Numbered from the stretch's first letter, positions 37,263-46,039 are shown. The stretch: 64,000 nt of DNA from Roseococcus sp. (GCA_026414745.1 JAOAIK010000022.1:20821-84820); one strand, 5' to 3'. A program made the numbers and translations. Notes: generated by a model from the letters alone, not told the origin.

Positions 37263-39298
37263 GCGATCCTCCGCGCCACCAGCGCGCCCTCGGGGTCGAG
37301 CGCGGCGCGCCAGCCGCGCGCGATGACATGGGTGGCGAAGGCCTCCTCCACGATGGCGGGGCCTTCGATGGCGTCCTCGGGGCGCAGCGCCTCGCGCCGC
37401 CAGACGGGCCATTCCGTGGCCGCGCCGCCCTGCCAGACGCGCCGCGCGCCGGGCCTGGGCCGGGCGGCGGGGGCGGCCGGGGCGGCCTCCTCGGGCTTCT
37501 CCAGCCGGCCGATGGCGCTGGCGCGCAGCGTCACGATCTCCACCGGCTCGCCCTCGGCGGCGTAGGAGAAGCGCGCCCGGTGCGCGGCGTGGAAGCGCGC
37601 GGCGAGCGCGTCGAGATCCGGCGCCTCGGGCCAGGGCACGAGGAGCTCGAAGGCCTGGCCGTGATAGCGCAGATCGGCCGCGATCTCGATGGCGCGCCGC
37701 GCCGGCGGCACCCCGTCGGCGGCCAGCCGCGCCTCGCCCTCGGCGCGCAGCGCGGCGAGCAGCGCCGCGACCTCTCCCGCCTTCGCCGCCTCGGCGCGCA
37801 GCAGGCGCGAGCGCGCGATGTCCTGCACGAGGTCGCTGAACAGGATGCCGTAGGCGGAAAGGGTGCCGGGCTCGCGCGGGAAGATCACCTCCGCCATGCC
37901 GAGTTCCTCGGCCACCTCGGTGGCGTGCAGCCCGCCCGCGCCGCCGAAGGAGAGCAGCGCGAAGTCGCGCGGATCGAGCCCCTTCTCGAACAGCGAGAGC
38001 CGCACGGCGGCGGCGAGCTGCGCGTTGGTGACGCGCAGCACCCCCTCGGCCGCCGCCTCGACGGAGAGGCCGAGCCGCTCGCCGATCCGCGCGCGCATGG
38101 CGGCCCGCGCGGCGGCGAGGTCGAGCGCCATGGCGCCGCCCAGGAAGAAATCCGGGTCGAGCCGGCCGAGCACGGCGTGGGCGTCGGTCACCGTGGGCTC
38201 CACGCCGCCGCGCCCGTAGCAGACGGGGCCCGGCCGCGCGCCGGCGCTGCGCGGGCCGACCGTGAGCCGCCCCGCCGCGTCCACCGCGGCGATGGAGCCG
38301 CCCCCCGCGCCGATGGTGCGCATCTCCACCATGGGCAGCCGCACCGGCAGCCCGCCCACCTCGCCCTGGGTGACGAGGCCAATGCGCTGGCCCTGCACCA
38401 CGCTCACGTCGAAGCTGGTGCCGCCCATGTCCACCGCGACGAGGTTCGGCCGCGCGAGGCGGCGCGAGAGGCGCTCCGCCGCCAGCGCCCCGCCCGAGGG
38501 GCCGGAGAGCAGCAGCCGCGCCGGCTGCTCGGCCGCTGTGCGCAGGCTGCACATGCCGCCATTGGACTGCACGAGGAAGATGCGCGGCGCGAATCCGCCC
38601 TCGCCCAGCCGCGCCTCCAGCCGCTCGAGGTAGCGGCGCACCACCGGCATCAGCAGCGCGTTGAGCACGGTGGTCGAGAGGCGCTCGTATTCCCGGATTT
38701 CCGGGCTGATGTCGGAGGAGAGGCAGACCGGCACGCCCGGCAGCGCGGCCTCCACGGCGGCGCGCAGCGCGCGCTCGTGCGCGGGGTTGGCGTAGGCGTG
38801 CAGCAGCCCGATGGCCACCGCCTCGGGCGCCGCCGCGCGAAGCCGCGCCAGCACGGGGCCGAGATCGCCGAGCGGCGTCTCCACGCTGCCATCGGCCCGC
38901 ATGCGCTCGGGCACGCCGAAGCGCATGTCGCGCTCGATCAGGCAGGGGAAGGGATCGGGAGCGAGGCCGTAGATGTCGCGCCGCACATGGCGCGTGATCT
39001 CCAGCACATCCTCGAAGCCCGCGGTGGTGAGCAGCACGCCGCGGGCGAGCGTCCGCTCCAGCACGGCGTTGGTCGCGATGGTGGTGCCGTGCATCAGGAG
39101 CCCCACCTCCGACAGGGCGAAGCCGAAGCGCTCCGCCGCCTCGCGCACGCCGCGCAGCAGCCCCTCGGAGGGGTCGGCCGGGGTGGTGGGCGTCTTCCAC
39201 GCCGCCACGCGGCCCTGCCGCGCGTCGAGGATCTGCAGGTCGGTGAAGGTGCCCCCGATGTCCACCGCGATGCGGACGGGGCGCGCCTCGGCCTCCAT
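37259..39298 (-). CDS. hyuA: Hydantoinase A/oxoprolinase family protein
   Basis: Start at MEAEARPVRIAVDIGGTFTD (ASKHA ATPase phosphate-1 motif), then DMGGTSFD. 679 aa. Confidence 0.9.
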   Translation of the reverse strand: MEAEARPVRIAVDIGGTFTDLQILDARQGRVAAWKTPTTPADPSEGLLRGVREAAERFGFALSEVGLLMHGTTIATNAVLERTLARGVLLTTAGFEDVLEITRHVRRDIYGLAPDPFPCLIERDMRFGVPERMRADGSVETPLGDLGPVLARLRAAAPEAVAIGLLHAYANPAHERALRAAVEAALPGVPVCLSSDISPEIREYERLSTTVLNALLMPVVRRYLERLEARLGEGGFAPRIFLVQSNGGMCSLRTAAEQPARLLLSGPSGGALAAERLSRRLARPNLVAVDMGGTSFDVSVVQGQRIGLVTQGEVGGLPVRLPMVEMRTIGAGGGSIAAVDAAGRLTVGPRSAGARPGPVCYGRGGVEPTVTDAHAVLGRLDPDFFLGGAMALDLAAARAAMRARIGERLGLSVEAAAEGVLRVTNAQLAAAVRLSLFEKGLDPRDFALLSFGGAGGLHATEVAEELGMAEVIFPREPGTLSAYGILFSDLVQDIARSRLLRAEAAKAGEVAALLAALRAEGEARLAADGVPPARRAIEIAADLRYHGQAFELLVPWPEAPDLDALAARFHAAHRARFSYAAEGEPVEIVTLRASAIGRLEKPEEAAPAAPAARPRPGARRVWQGGAATEWPVWRREALRPEDAIEGPAIVEEAFATHVIARGWRAALDPEGALVARRIA

Positions 39299-40257
39299 CA
39301 GCGCTGCCGCTCGAGGCCGATCTGCCGCACCACGCGGCCCAGCGCCTCGTTCTCCTCCGCGATCAGGCGGGCCATCGCCTCGGGGCCGCGGAACTCCGCC
39401 GTCACGCCGCTCATCGCCAGCTGGCGCTGGAAGCGTTCGCTGCGCCAGGCCGCCTCGAAGGCGGAGAGCAGCGCGGCGCGGGTCGCCGGCGGCAGGCCGC
39501 GCGGGGCCATCATGCCCCACCAGATCAGCGTCTCCTCGGCCGGGATGCCCAGCGCATCGAGGCCCGCCCCCGTCGGCACCTCCGGGTGCTGGGCGCGCTG
39601 GGTGAGGATGAGGCAGCGCGCCCGCCCGTCGCGGATCGCGGGCATGGCCACCGCGATGGAACCGCCGTAGAGGTCGATGTGCCCGCCGGTGAAGGCCGCG
39701 AGCGTCTGCGCCGCGCCCTGGAAGGGGACCATGGTGGCGTCCAGGTTCAGCGCGCGGAACAGCCGCTCGGCCGCGAGGTGCATGTTCCCGCCCACGCCGT
39801 CCGTGCCGTAGGTGAAGCGCCCGGGCTGGGCGCGGATCGCCGCGATCAGCGCCTGCGCGTCGCGGATCGGGCTGTCCTGCCGCACGCAGAGCGTGAATCC
39901 GGTGTGGCCGACGACGAAGAGCGGTTCGAGCTGCTCGAGCGTGTAGCGCACCGTCATCACGTGCGGCGCGGCGGTCAGCGGCGAGTTGGCCGTGAACAGC
40001 AGCGTGGCGCCATCCGGCCGCTGCTCGGCCACGAACTGCGTGCCGATGGTGGAGGAGGCGCCGGGCCTGTTCTCCACCACGATGGGCTGGCCGAGCTGCG
40101 TGCCCACCAGCTCCGCCAGCAGCCGGGCGAAGACATCCGTGCCGCCGCCCGGGGCGATGGGCACGATGATGCGGATCGGCCGGTCGAAGCCCTGCGCCGC
40201 GGCGGGCGCGAGGGCCGCGAGCGCGAGGCCGCAGGCGAGGAGAAGGCGCTTCATCAT
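39298..40257 (-). CDS. Bug-family (TctC-like) substrate-binding protein
   Basis: Signal peptide MMKRLLLACGLALAALAPAAA. PIAPGGGTDVFAR and VENRPGAS motifs. Its stop overlaps the hyuA start by 1 nt. Confidence 0.88.
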   Translation of the reverse strand: MMKRLLLACGLALAALAPAAAQGFDRPIRIIVPIAPGGGTDVFARLLAELVGTQLGQPIVVENRPGASSTIGTQFVAEQRPDGATLLFTANSPLTAAPHVMTVRYTLEQLEPLFVVGHTGFTLCVRQDSPIRDAQALIAAIRAQPGRFTYGTDGVGGNMHLAAERLFRALNLDATMVPFQGAAQTLAAFTGGHIDLYGGSIAVAMPAIRDGRARCLILTQRAQHPEVPTGAGLDALGIPAEETLIWWGMMAPRGLPPATRAALLSAFEAAWRSERFQRQLAMSGVTAEFRGPEAMARLIAEENEALGRVVRQIGLERQR

Positions 40258-40278
40258 GTCGGGGTCGCTCCCATGGGA

Positions 40279-41643
40279 TCAGCCGAGGGCGCGCGGCAGC
40301 CACAGCGCGATCTCGGGAAAGACGAGCAGCAGCAGCACGGCGAGGAGGTAGGCCAGCAGGAAGGGCATCACGCCGAGGAAGACGTCGGTGATCGGCCCCG
40401 GCTTCGGCCGCATGCCCTGCAGCACGTACATCACAGTGCCGTCGGGCGGGCTGATCATGGCGATCTCGACCATCATGGTGATCACCACGCCGAACCAGAT
40501 CGGGTCGTAGCCGAGCGCCACCACGATGGGGAACACCACGGGCACGGTGGTGATGATCATGGAGAAGCCCTCCATGAAGGTGCCCAGCGCGAAATAGAGC
40601 GCGATGATGCACAGCATGATGGCCCAGGGCGGCAGCGGCAGCCCGGCGATGAGGCCCGCCAGCGCCTGCGGCACGTTGATGGTGGTCAGGATGTAGTTCA
40701 GCAGATAGGCGCCGAAGATGATGAGGCCGAGCAGCGCGGTGTTGCGCGCCGTGGCCTCGGCGCTCGCGTGCAGCATGCGCAGGCTGAGGCGCCGTTCCAG
40801 CGCGGCGAACCCCATCGCCCCCGTGACCCCCAGCGCCGCGGCCTCGGTCGGCGTCGCCCAGCCGGCGTAGATGGAGCCGAGCACGAGCAGGATCAGCAGC
40901 AGCGTCGGCACCAGGTCGCGCAGCGCGCGCAGCTTGAGCGAGAGCGGCAGCGGCGGCGGCTTCTCCATCGGCTGGCGCAGCCCGTGCGCGAGGATCAGCA
41001 GCAGGAACAGCGCGGTGACCAGCAGCGCGGGCAGCAGGGCCGCGATGTAGAGCGCGCCCACGCTCGTCTCGGTGATCAGACCGTAGATGATGAAGGTGAT
41101 GCCGGGCGGGATGAGGTTGCCCAGCGCCCCGCCCGCGGCGAGCGAGCCCAGCACCCAGCGCGGGCTGTAGGCCGTGTTCTGGAAGTAGGGCAGCGCCACG
41201 CTGCCCATGGTGGCGGCGGTGGCGACGCTCGATCCGCTGATCGCGGAGAACACGGCGCAGGAGGCGATGTTGGTGTGCAGCACGCCCCCGGGCAGGCGGT
41301 TGAGCCAGACGTTGAGCGCGCGATACAGCCGCTCGGACAGGCCGGCGCGCAGCAGGATCTCGCCCATCAGCAGGAAGAGCGGCACCGCCACCAGCACGTA
41401 GTTGGAGGAGGGGCCCCACAGCGTCTGCCCCGCGAAGTTCCACCAGGGCCGGTCGCTGAACAGGAAGCCGGTGAGGAAGGCCAGCACGCCCAGCACGGCG
41501 GCGATGTACACGCCCGCGCCGAAGAAGATCACGAAGACGCCGATGAGCAGGAGGATCTCGGCGATGGGCAGGCTCGCCGCGCCGGAGGCCGCCGCCACCA
41601 GCACCACGCCCAGCAGCCCGAGCAGGAAGACGAGGGCGATCAC
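40279..41643 (-). CDS. TRAP transporter large permease (DctM family)
   Basis: GTG start (VIALVFLLG...) with a GTGA overlap onto the dctQ stop. 454-aa polytopic protein with a DctM-like pattern. Confidence 0.88.
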   Translation of the reverse strand: MIALVFLLGLLGVVLVAAASGAASLPIAEILLLIGVFVIFFGAGVYIAAVLGVLAFLTGFLFSDRPWWNFAGQTLWGPSSNYVLVAVPLFLLMGEILLRAGLSERLYRALNVWLNRLPGGVLHTNIASCAVFSAISGSSVATAATMGSVALPYFQNTAYSPRWVLGSLAAGGALGNLIPPGITFIIYGLITETSVGALYIAALLPALLVTALFLLLILAHGLRQPMEKPPPLPLSLKLRALRDLVPTLLLILLVLGSIYAGWATPTEAAALGVTGAMGFAALERRLSLRMLHASAEATARNTALLGLIIFGAYLLNYILTTINVPQALAGLIAGLPLPPWAIMLCIIALYFALGTFMEGFSMIITTVPVVFPIVVALGYDPIWFGVVITMMVEIAMISPPDGTVMYVLQGMRPKPGPITDVFLGVMPFLLAYLLAVLLLLVFPEIALWLPRALG

Positions 41644-42287
41644 GCCCGCTCCTCCTTCGCCATGGCCACCGCCTGCAGCGCCTCGGCCGTCTCGTCCTGC
41701 AGCGAGCGGCTGCCGAGCAGCGCATCCAGCCGCCGCGGCTCGCCCAGCAGCAGCGCGAGGCCGGCTTCCAGCAGCAGCACCGCGCACATCAGCGCGAAGG
41801 CGATGAGGCCCACGGTCCAGATGCCCTGCGGCAGCACGAGGGGGATGCGCAGCGCCGAGTTGTCGTGCGCGTCGAACAGCGCGCTCTCGTCCCACAGCAT
41901 CCAGCCGGCCCAGGCGATGAAGCCGGCGAAGCCCGCCAGCAGCAGCAGCGCCAGCAGGTGCAGCGGCGCGCGCCAGCGCGGCGGCAGGCGGTTCACCAGC
42001 ACGTCCACGCGGATATGCGCGCGGCAGGCCAGGGTGTGCGCCAGCGCCCAGGCGATGCCGCAGGCCAGCATGTAGCCCGTCACCTCCACCGTGGCGGCGG
42101 AGGAGACGCCGAACAGGTTGCGCCCGAGGATGTCGGCCGTGACGAACAGCGCGCAGGCCAGGTAGTTCCAGCCCGCCGCCCAGGCCATCAGCGCTGCGAG
42201 GCCCGCGGCCCCGCGGCGCAGCGCCCCCGCGGCCCGCAGCAGCAGGCCCGCGACGCCGGGCTTGCCGCCGGACGGCGCGCCGATCAA
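41640..42287 (-). CDS. TRAP transporter small permease (DctQ family)
   Basis: Four-TM pattern. The start is proposed at the TTG at 42287, which overlaps the dctP stop (TTGA). An alternative ATG (MAWAAGWNY) lies about 100 nt downstream. Confidence 0.75.
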   Translation of the reverse strand: MIGAPSGGKPGVAGLLLRAAGALRRGAAGLAALMAWAAGWNYLACALFVTADILGRNLFGVSSAATVEVTGYMLACGIAWALAHTLACRAHIRVDVLVNRLPPRWRAPLHLLALLLLAGFAGFIAWAGWMLWDESALFDAHDNSALRIPLVLPQGIWTVGLIAFALMCAVLLLEAGLALLLGEPRRLDALLGSRSLQDETAEALQAVAMAKEERA

Positions 42288-43348
42288 CCGCCGAAGCGCA
42301 CGCCGGAGATCGGCGCGATCACCTGGTTGTAGATCTCGCCGCAGCGCGCGCCGCAGCGGCGCACGAAACCGGGCAGCACCACCTGCTCGAAGATGCGGCG
42401 CATCTCGGCGCGATCCGCCTCGCTCGCCTTCACCTCCGTCATCGGCCGTGCGGCGAGGGAGTGGATGCGGCAGCCCTCGCGGTGGCCGATGTTGCAGTCG
42501 ATGCCGTCGCGCGTGGCCTCGGCGCCCAGCGCCCATTGCCGGTCGGCGATCTCGCGGAAGGTCTCCTCCAGCAGCGCGCGCACCGCCGGCTCCTGGCGGT
42601 TGTACCAGGCCAGGTTCACCACATAGGCGGCCACCGCCCAGCTCACCGCGAGGTCGCTGATGTGGGTGGACACCTCCGGCCAGCGCGCCGCCGCACCGGA
42701 GCCGGAGCCGGTGATGGCGCAGTCCACCACGCCGCGCTCCAGCGCCGAATACACTTCAGGGAAGCCGATGGAGACGGGCTGCGCGCCGAGCGCGGTGTAG
42801 AAATCCACCAGCGAATTGCCGAAGGTGCGGATGCGCCGCCCGCGCAGATCGGCCAGCGAGGCGAAGGGCGCGCGGCAGAACAGCACCTGCGCGGGGAAGG
42901 GATACATCGCCATGATGCGCACCCCGAAGCGCTCCAGGTCGCGGTTCGCCACGGGCGTCATCGCGTCCGCGATGCGGCGCGCCTGCGCGATGTCGGGCGC
43001 GAGGCCGGCAAGGTCCACCCCGTCGAGGATGGGCACATCGCCCGAGAGGGTGGTCAGCGTGCCCGCGCCGATCTCGGCCTGGCCGGCGCGCACGAGGCGG
43101 ATGATCTCGGCGCCGCCCAGGTTGCGCTCGGCGTGGGTGGCGAGCGTCACCTCGATCCGCCCGCCCGAGCGCGCGCGCAGCCCGTCGCGCAGCAGGGGCT
43201 GGTCCACCAGCGTGTATTGCGGCTGGGTGGGCAGGGGCTGGGTGACGGCGGTGATGGCGATGCGCGGGCCGGGGGGGGTGGCGGTCTGGGCGGCGGCGGC
43301 ACCCGCCAGTCCGAGCGCGGCGAGCGCGGCGAGCAGGGGGCGAAGCAT
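42284..43348 (-). CDS. TRAP transporter substrate-binding protein (DctP family)
   Basis: Signal peptide MLRPLLAALAALGLAGAAAA. DctP-type motifs include LRGRRIRTFGN and EVYSALERGVVD. The C-terminal region is unusually Cys-rich. Confidence 0.85.
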   Translation of the reverse strand: MLRPLLAALAALGLAGAAAAQTATPPGPRIAITAVTQPLPTQPQYTLVDQPLLRDGLRARSGGRIEVTLATHAERNLGGAEIIRLVRAGQAEIGAGTLTTLSGDVPILDGVDLAGLAPDIAQARRIADAMTPVANRDLERFGVRIMAMYPFPAQVLFCRAPFASLADLRGRRIRTFGNSLVDFYTALGAQPVSIGFPEVYSALERGVVDCAITGSGSGAAARWPEVSTHISDLAVSWAVAAYVVNLAWYNRQEPAVRALLEETFREIADRQWALGAEATRDGIDCNIGHREGCRIHSLAARPMTEVKASEADRAEMRRIFEQVVLPGFVRRCGARCGEIYNQVIAPISGVRFGG

Positions 43349-43418
43349 GGCGGCGCGGAGCTCCCTCGAGACGAGGCCGCGAGGATGGCACGCGGGCCGC
43401 GCCGCGCCAGATTGTTTT

Positions 43419-43438
43419 GCATGACAGACATGTCATGC
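43419..43438. promoter_or_regulatory. Inverted repeat GCATGACA-N4-TGTCATGC upstream of the dctP-led operon (candidate operator)
   Basis: Perfect 8-bp arms, 71-90 nt upstream of the dctP start, in a locally AT-richer patch (ATTGTTTTGCATGAC). Confidence 0.45.
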
Positions 43439-43458
43439 GGGCGGGGCGTGCCCGCCCG
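43438..43458 (-). terminator. GC hairpin downstream of htpX (possible terminator, no U-tract)
   Basis: CGGGCGGG-GCGTG-CCCGCCCG forms an 8-bp stem about 30 nt after the htpX stop. Confidence 0.3.
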
Positions 43459-43488
43459 ATGGTCAGTGGTGCGTGCGGCGTGGGCGGC

Positions 43489-44409
43489 TCAGCCCCAGGG
43501 GCTGCGCCCGCGCGGCCGCGCCCAGGGCGAGGCGGCGGGCCCGGCCTGCAGCCGCCGCCGCCCCGCGACGCCGCCGCCGCCCAGCGCCATCAGCCGGCGG
43601 ATGCGCTCCTCCGTCGGCGGGTGGGTGGAAAACAGCGCATCGAGCCGGAAGCCGGAGAGCGGGTTGACGATGAACATGTGCGCGGTGGCCGGGTTGGCTT
43701 CGGCGGCCTGGTTGATGCGCCCTTCCTTGTAGCGCTCCAGCGATGCCAGCGCGCTGGCCAGCCAGGAGGGGTCGCCGCAGATGCGCGCGCCCTCGGCATC
43801 CGCCTCGTATTCGCGCGCGCGGCTGATTGCCATCTGCACCAGCGCCGCCGCGATGGGACCGAGGATCATCAGCAGCACGAGGCCGATGGCGCCGAAGGGG
43901 CTCGCGTTGCGGTCGCGGTTCGAGGACATCATCCAGCCGAACTGCGCGAGGAAGCCGATGGCGCCGGCGATGGTGGCCGTCACGCTCATGATCAGCGTGT
44001 CGCGGTTCTTGATGTGCGCGAGCTCATGGGCGATCACGCCCGCCACCTCGCGCTCGTCCATCATGTTCAGCAGGCCGGTGTTGACCGCCACCACGCCGCG
44101 CTCCGGGCTGCGGCCGGTGGCGAAGGCGTTGGGCTGGTCCTCGTGGATGAGGTAGAGGCGCGGCATGGGGATGCCGGCGCGCGCGGCGAGCTGCTGCGTC
44201 ATCGCGTAGAGCTGCGGCGCCTCGGCGGGCGAGAGCGGCTGCGCGTTGTGCATCCGCAGCACGACGGAATCGCTGCCCCACCAGGCGAACAGGTTCATGC
44301 CGCCGGCCACGAGCAGCGCCATCAGCATGCCGCCCTCGCCGCCGATGGCGTATCCGGCGGCGAGGAACAGCGCCGTCAGCGCCGCGAGCAGGATGAAGGT
44401 GCGCGCCAT
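43489..44409 (-). CDS. htpX: Zinc metalloprotease HtpX
   Basis: Start at MARTFILLAALTALFLAAGY. HELAH zinc motif. M48-family topology. Confidence 0.92.
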   Translation of the reverse strand: MARTFILLAALTALFLAAGYAIGGEGGMLMALLVAGGMNLFAWWGSDSVVLRMHNAQPLSPAEAPQLYAMTQQLAARAGIPMPRLYLIHEDQPNAFATGRSPERGVVAVNTGLLNMMDEREVAGVIAHELAHIKNRDTLIMSVTATIAGAIGFLAQFGWMMSSNRDRNASPFGAIGLVLLMILGPIAAALVQMAISRAREYEADAEGARICGDPSWLASALASLERYKEGRINQAAEANPATAHMFIVNPLSGFRLDALFSTHPPTEERIRRLMALGGGGVAGRRRLQAGPAASPWARPRGRSPWG

Positions 44410-44436
44410 CTTCCCGAACTCCCCTTTCCCCTCCAG

Positions 44437-44634
44437 ATGAGCGGCATGGACGACCAGGACAAGCCGCCGCCGCCCCTGCCCTCGGGCAAGCCCCGCAGCG
44501 CGCCGCCCTTGACGAAGCTGGACCGCCCCCCCCGCCCCGCGGCCCCGCCGGGTGCCGAGCATGGCGGCCCCTCCGGCCCCGAGCCCACGCGCTACAACGA
44601 CTGGGAGCGCAAGGGCCGGGTCAGCGATTTCTGA
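44437..44634 (+). CDS. DUF1674 (SDHAF4-like) small protein
   Basis: 65 aa and Pro-rich, with the conserved C-terminus GPEPTRYNDWERKGRVSDF. No obvious Shine-Dalgarno sequence. Confidence 0.8.
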   Translation: MSGMDDQDKPPPPLPSGKPRSAPPLTKLDRPPRPAAPPGAEHGGPSGPEPTRYNDWERKGRVSDF

Positions 44635-45408
44635 TCAGCCGACGGCGCGCCACAGGATGTAGGCGGCGACGAGCAGGATCAGCCCCGCCAGCACCGCCTC
44701 CAGCGCCCCGCGCCGCGCGCCGATCCGCGCCCCCGCGCGCAGCCCGAGCCAGGAGCCCGCCGCCCCGCCCGCGACGAAGAGCGCGGCCACGGGCCAGTCC
44801 ACCAGCCCCGCCGTGGCGTAGCTCGCGGCCGTGCCCGCACCGAGGGCGAAGACCGCCACCAGCGAGGTGCCCACCGCGTAGCGCATCGGGAACTCCGCCG
44901 CCTGCATCAGCGCCGGCACGATGAGGAAGCCGCCGCCGATGCCGAAGAAGCCCGACAGCACGCCCACCCCGAAGCCCGACCCCGCCAGCCGCGGCGCGTT
45001 GAGCCGCGACAGGCGCGGCACCTCCGGCAGCGCGGCCGCGGGCTTGCGGCGCAGCATCAGCACGGCCACCACCACCATCAGCCCGGCGAAGGCGGCGATC
45101 AGCGCCTGCCCGTCCACGCGCTTGCCGAGGGCCGCCCCCAGCAGCGCGCCGCCGAGCCCCATGGAGGCGAAGACGGCCGCACAGCGCCAGCGCACATTCC
45201 CCGCCCGCGCGTGCTGCGCGAGGCCGGCCAGCGCATTGGCCGCCACCGCCACCGCGCCCGTTCCGATGGCCACATGCGGGCTGGCCACGCCCACCGCGTA
45301 GAGCAGCAGCGGCACGGCGAGGATGGAGCCCCCGCCGCCCACCAGCCCGAGCGTGAACCCCACCCCCGCGCCGGAGGCGAGGCTCATCGCCAGCTCGGTC
45401 AGGGTCAC
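44635..45408 (-). CDS. TauE/SafE family sulfite/anion exporter
   Basis: 257 aa with about 8 TM helices and two GxGGG repeats (LVGGGGSILAVP, FGIGGGFLIVP). Confidence 0.88.
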   Translation of the reverse strand: MTLTELAMSLASGAGVGFTLGLVGGGGSILAVPLLLYAVGVASPHVAIGTGAVAVAANALAGLAQHARAGNVRWRCAAVFASMGLGGALLGAALGKRVDGQALIAAFAGLMVVVAVLMLRRKPAAALPEVPRLSRLNAPRLAGSGFGVGVLSGFFGIGGGFLIVPALMQAAEFPMRYAVGTSLVAVFALGAGTAASYATAGLVDWPVAALFVAGGAAGSWLGLRAGARIGARRGALEAVLAGLILLVAAYILWRAVG

Positions 45409-45938
45409 GACGCCGCGGCCACCCGGTTCCAGGGCATCACGCGCAGCAGCCGCGCCAGGCCGCAGCTGCCCGTCACGCCCGCGAACACCAGCCCCGCGCC
45501 GACGAAGCCCGCGAGCGCGTAGAAGGCCGGCGCGACGAAGGCGCCCAGCAGCACGCCGAGCAGCACCATCGTCCCCGCCGCGATCTGCACCTGGCGGCCG
45601 AGCTCGAGGGGCTGGCTGCGATCCTCCTCCACGGGCAGCCCGGCCTTGCGCCAGGCATCGAGCCCGCCCTCGACGATGAAGGCCTGCATCCCGCCGGCAC
45701 AGGCGGCGAGCCGCGGCGCGTTGCCCGCCGTGCGCATGCCCGAGCGGCAGTGGAACAGCACCGGCTTGCCGGCATGGGCGGCCAGCGCCGCGGCGTCGAG
45801 CTGATCGAGCGGCAGGTTGCGGGCGCCGGGGATGCGCGCGCGCGCGTGCTCGTCCGCGCCGCGCACATCCACCAGCAGCGCGCCCTGCTCGCGGATGAGG
45901 CGTGCGGCTTCGGTGGGGGAAAGGCTGGGAAGGCTCAT
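45405..45938 (-). CDS. Rhodanese-domain protein with a C-terminal DUF2892 (YgaP-like) membrane domain
   Basis: Active-site loop HCRSGMRT. C-terminal two-TM segment with GVTGSCGL. Start preferred at MSLPSLSPTEA (AGGA 9 nt upstream). An upstream ATG at 45986 lies inside the predicted promoter. Confidence 0.85.
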   Translation of the reverse strand: MSLPSLSPTEAARLIREQGALLVDVRGADEHARARIPGARNLPLDQLDAAALAAHAGKPVLFHCRSGMRTAGNAPRLAACAGGMQAFIVEGGLDAWRKAGLPVEEDRSQPLELGRQVQIAAGTMVLLGVLLGAFVAPAFYALAGFVGAGLVFAGVTGSCGLARLLRVMPWNRVAAAS

Positions 45939-45978
45939 GGGGGTCGATCCTGGCAGTGCCGCCGGGGCGGCGATGTCG

Positions 45979-46014
45979 CTGGACATATCTAAGGGCTCGC
46001 TTATATATAAGTCA
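45979..46014. promoter_or_regulatory. Divergent promoter region with a perfect 12-bp AT palindrome CTTATATATAAG (45999-46010)
   Basis: On the plus strand, TGGACA (45979-84), a 16-nt spacer, then TATATA (46001-06) precede the dioxygenase gene. On the minus strand, TTGACT (46014-46009), a 17-nt spacer, then TTAGAT. The palindrome overlaps both elements. Confidence 0.45.
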
Positions 46015-46039
46015 ACGCTGAAACAGCAGGACAGCCCCC

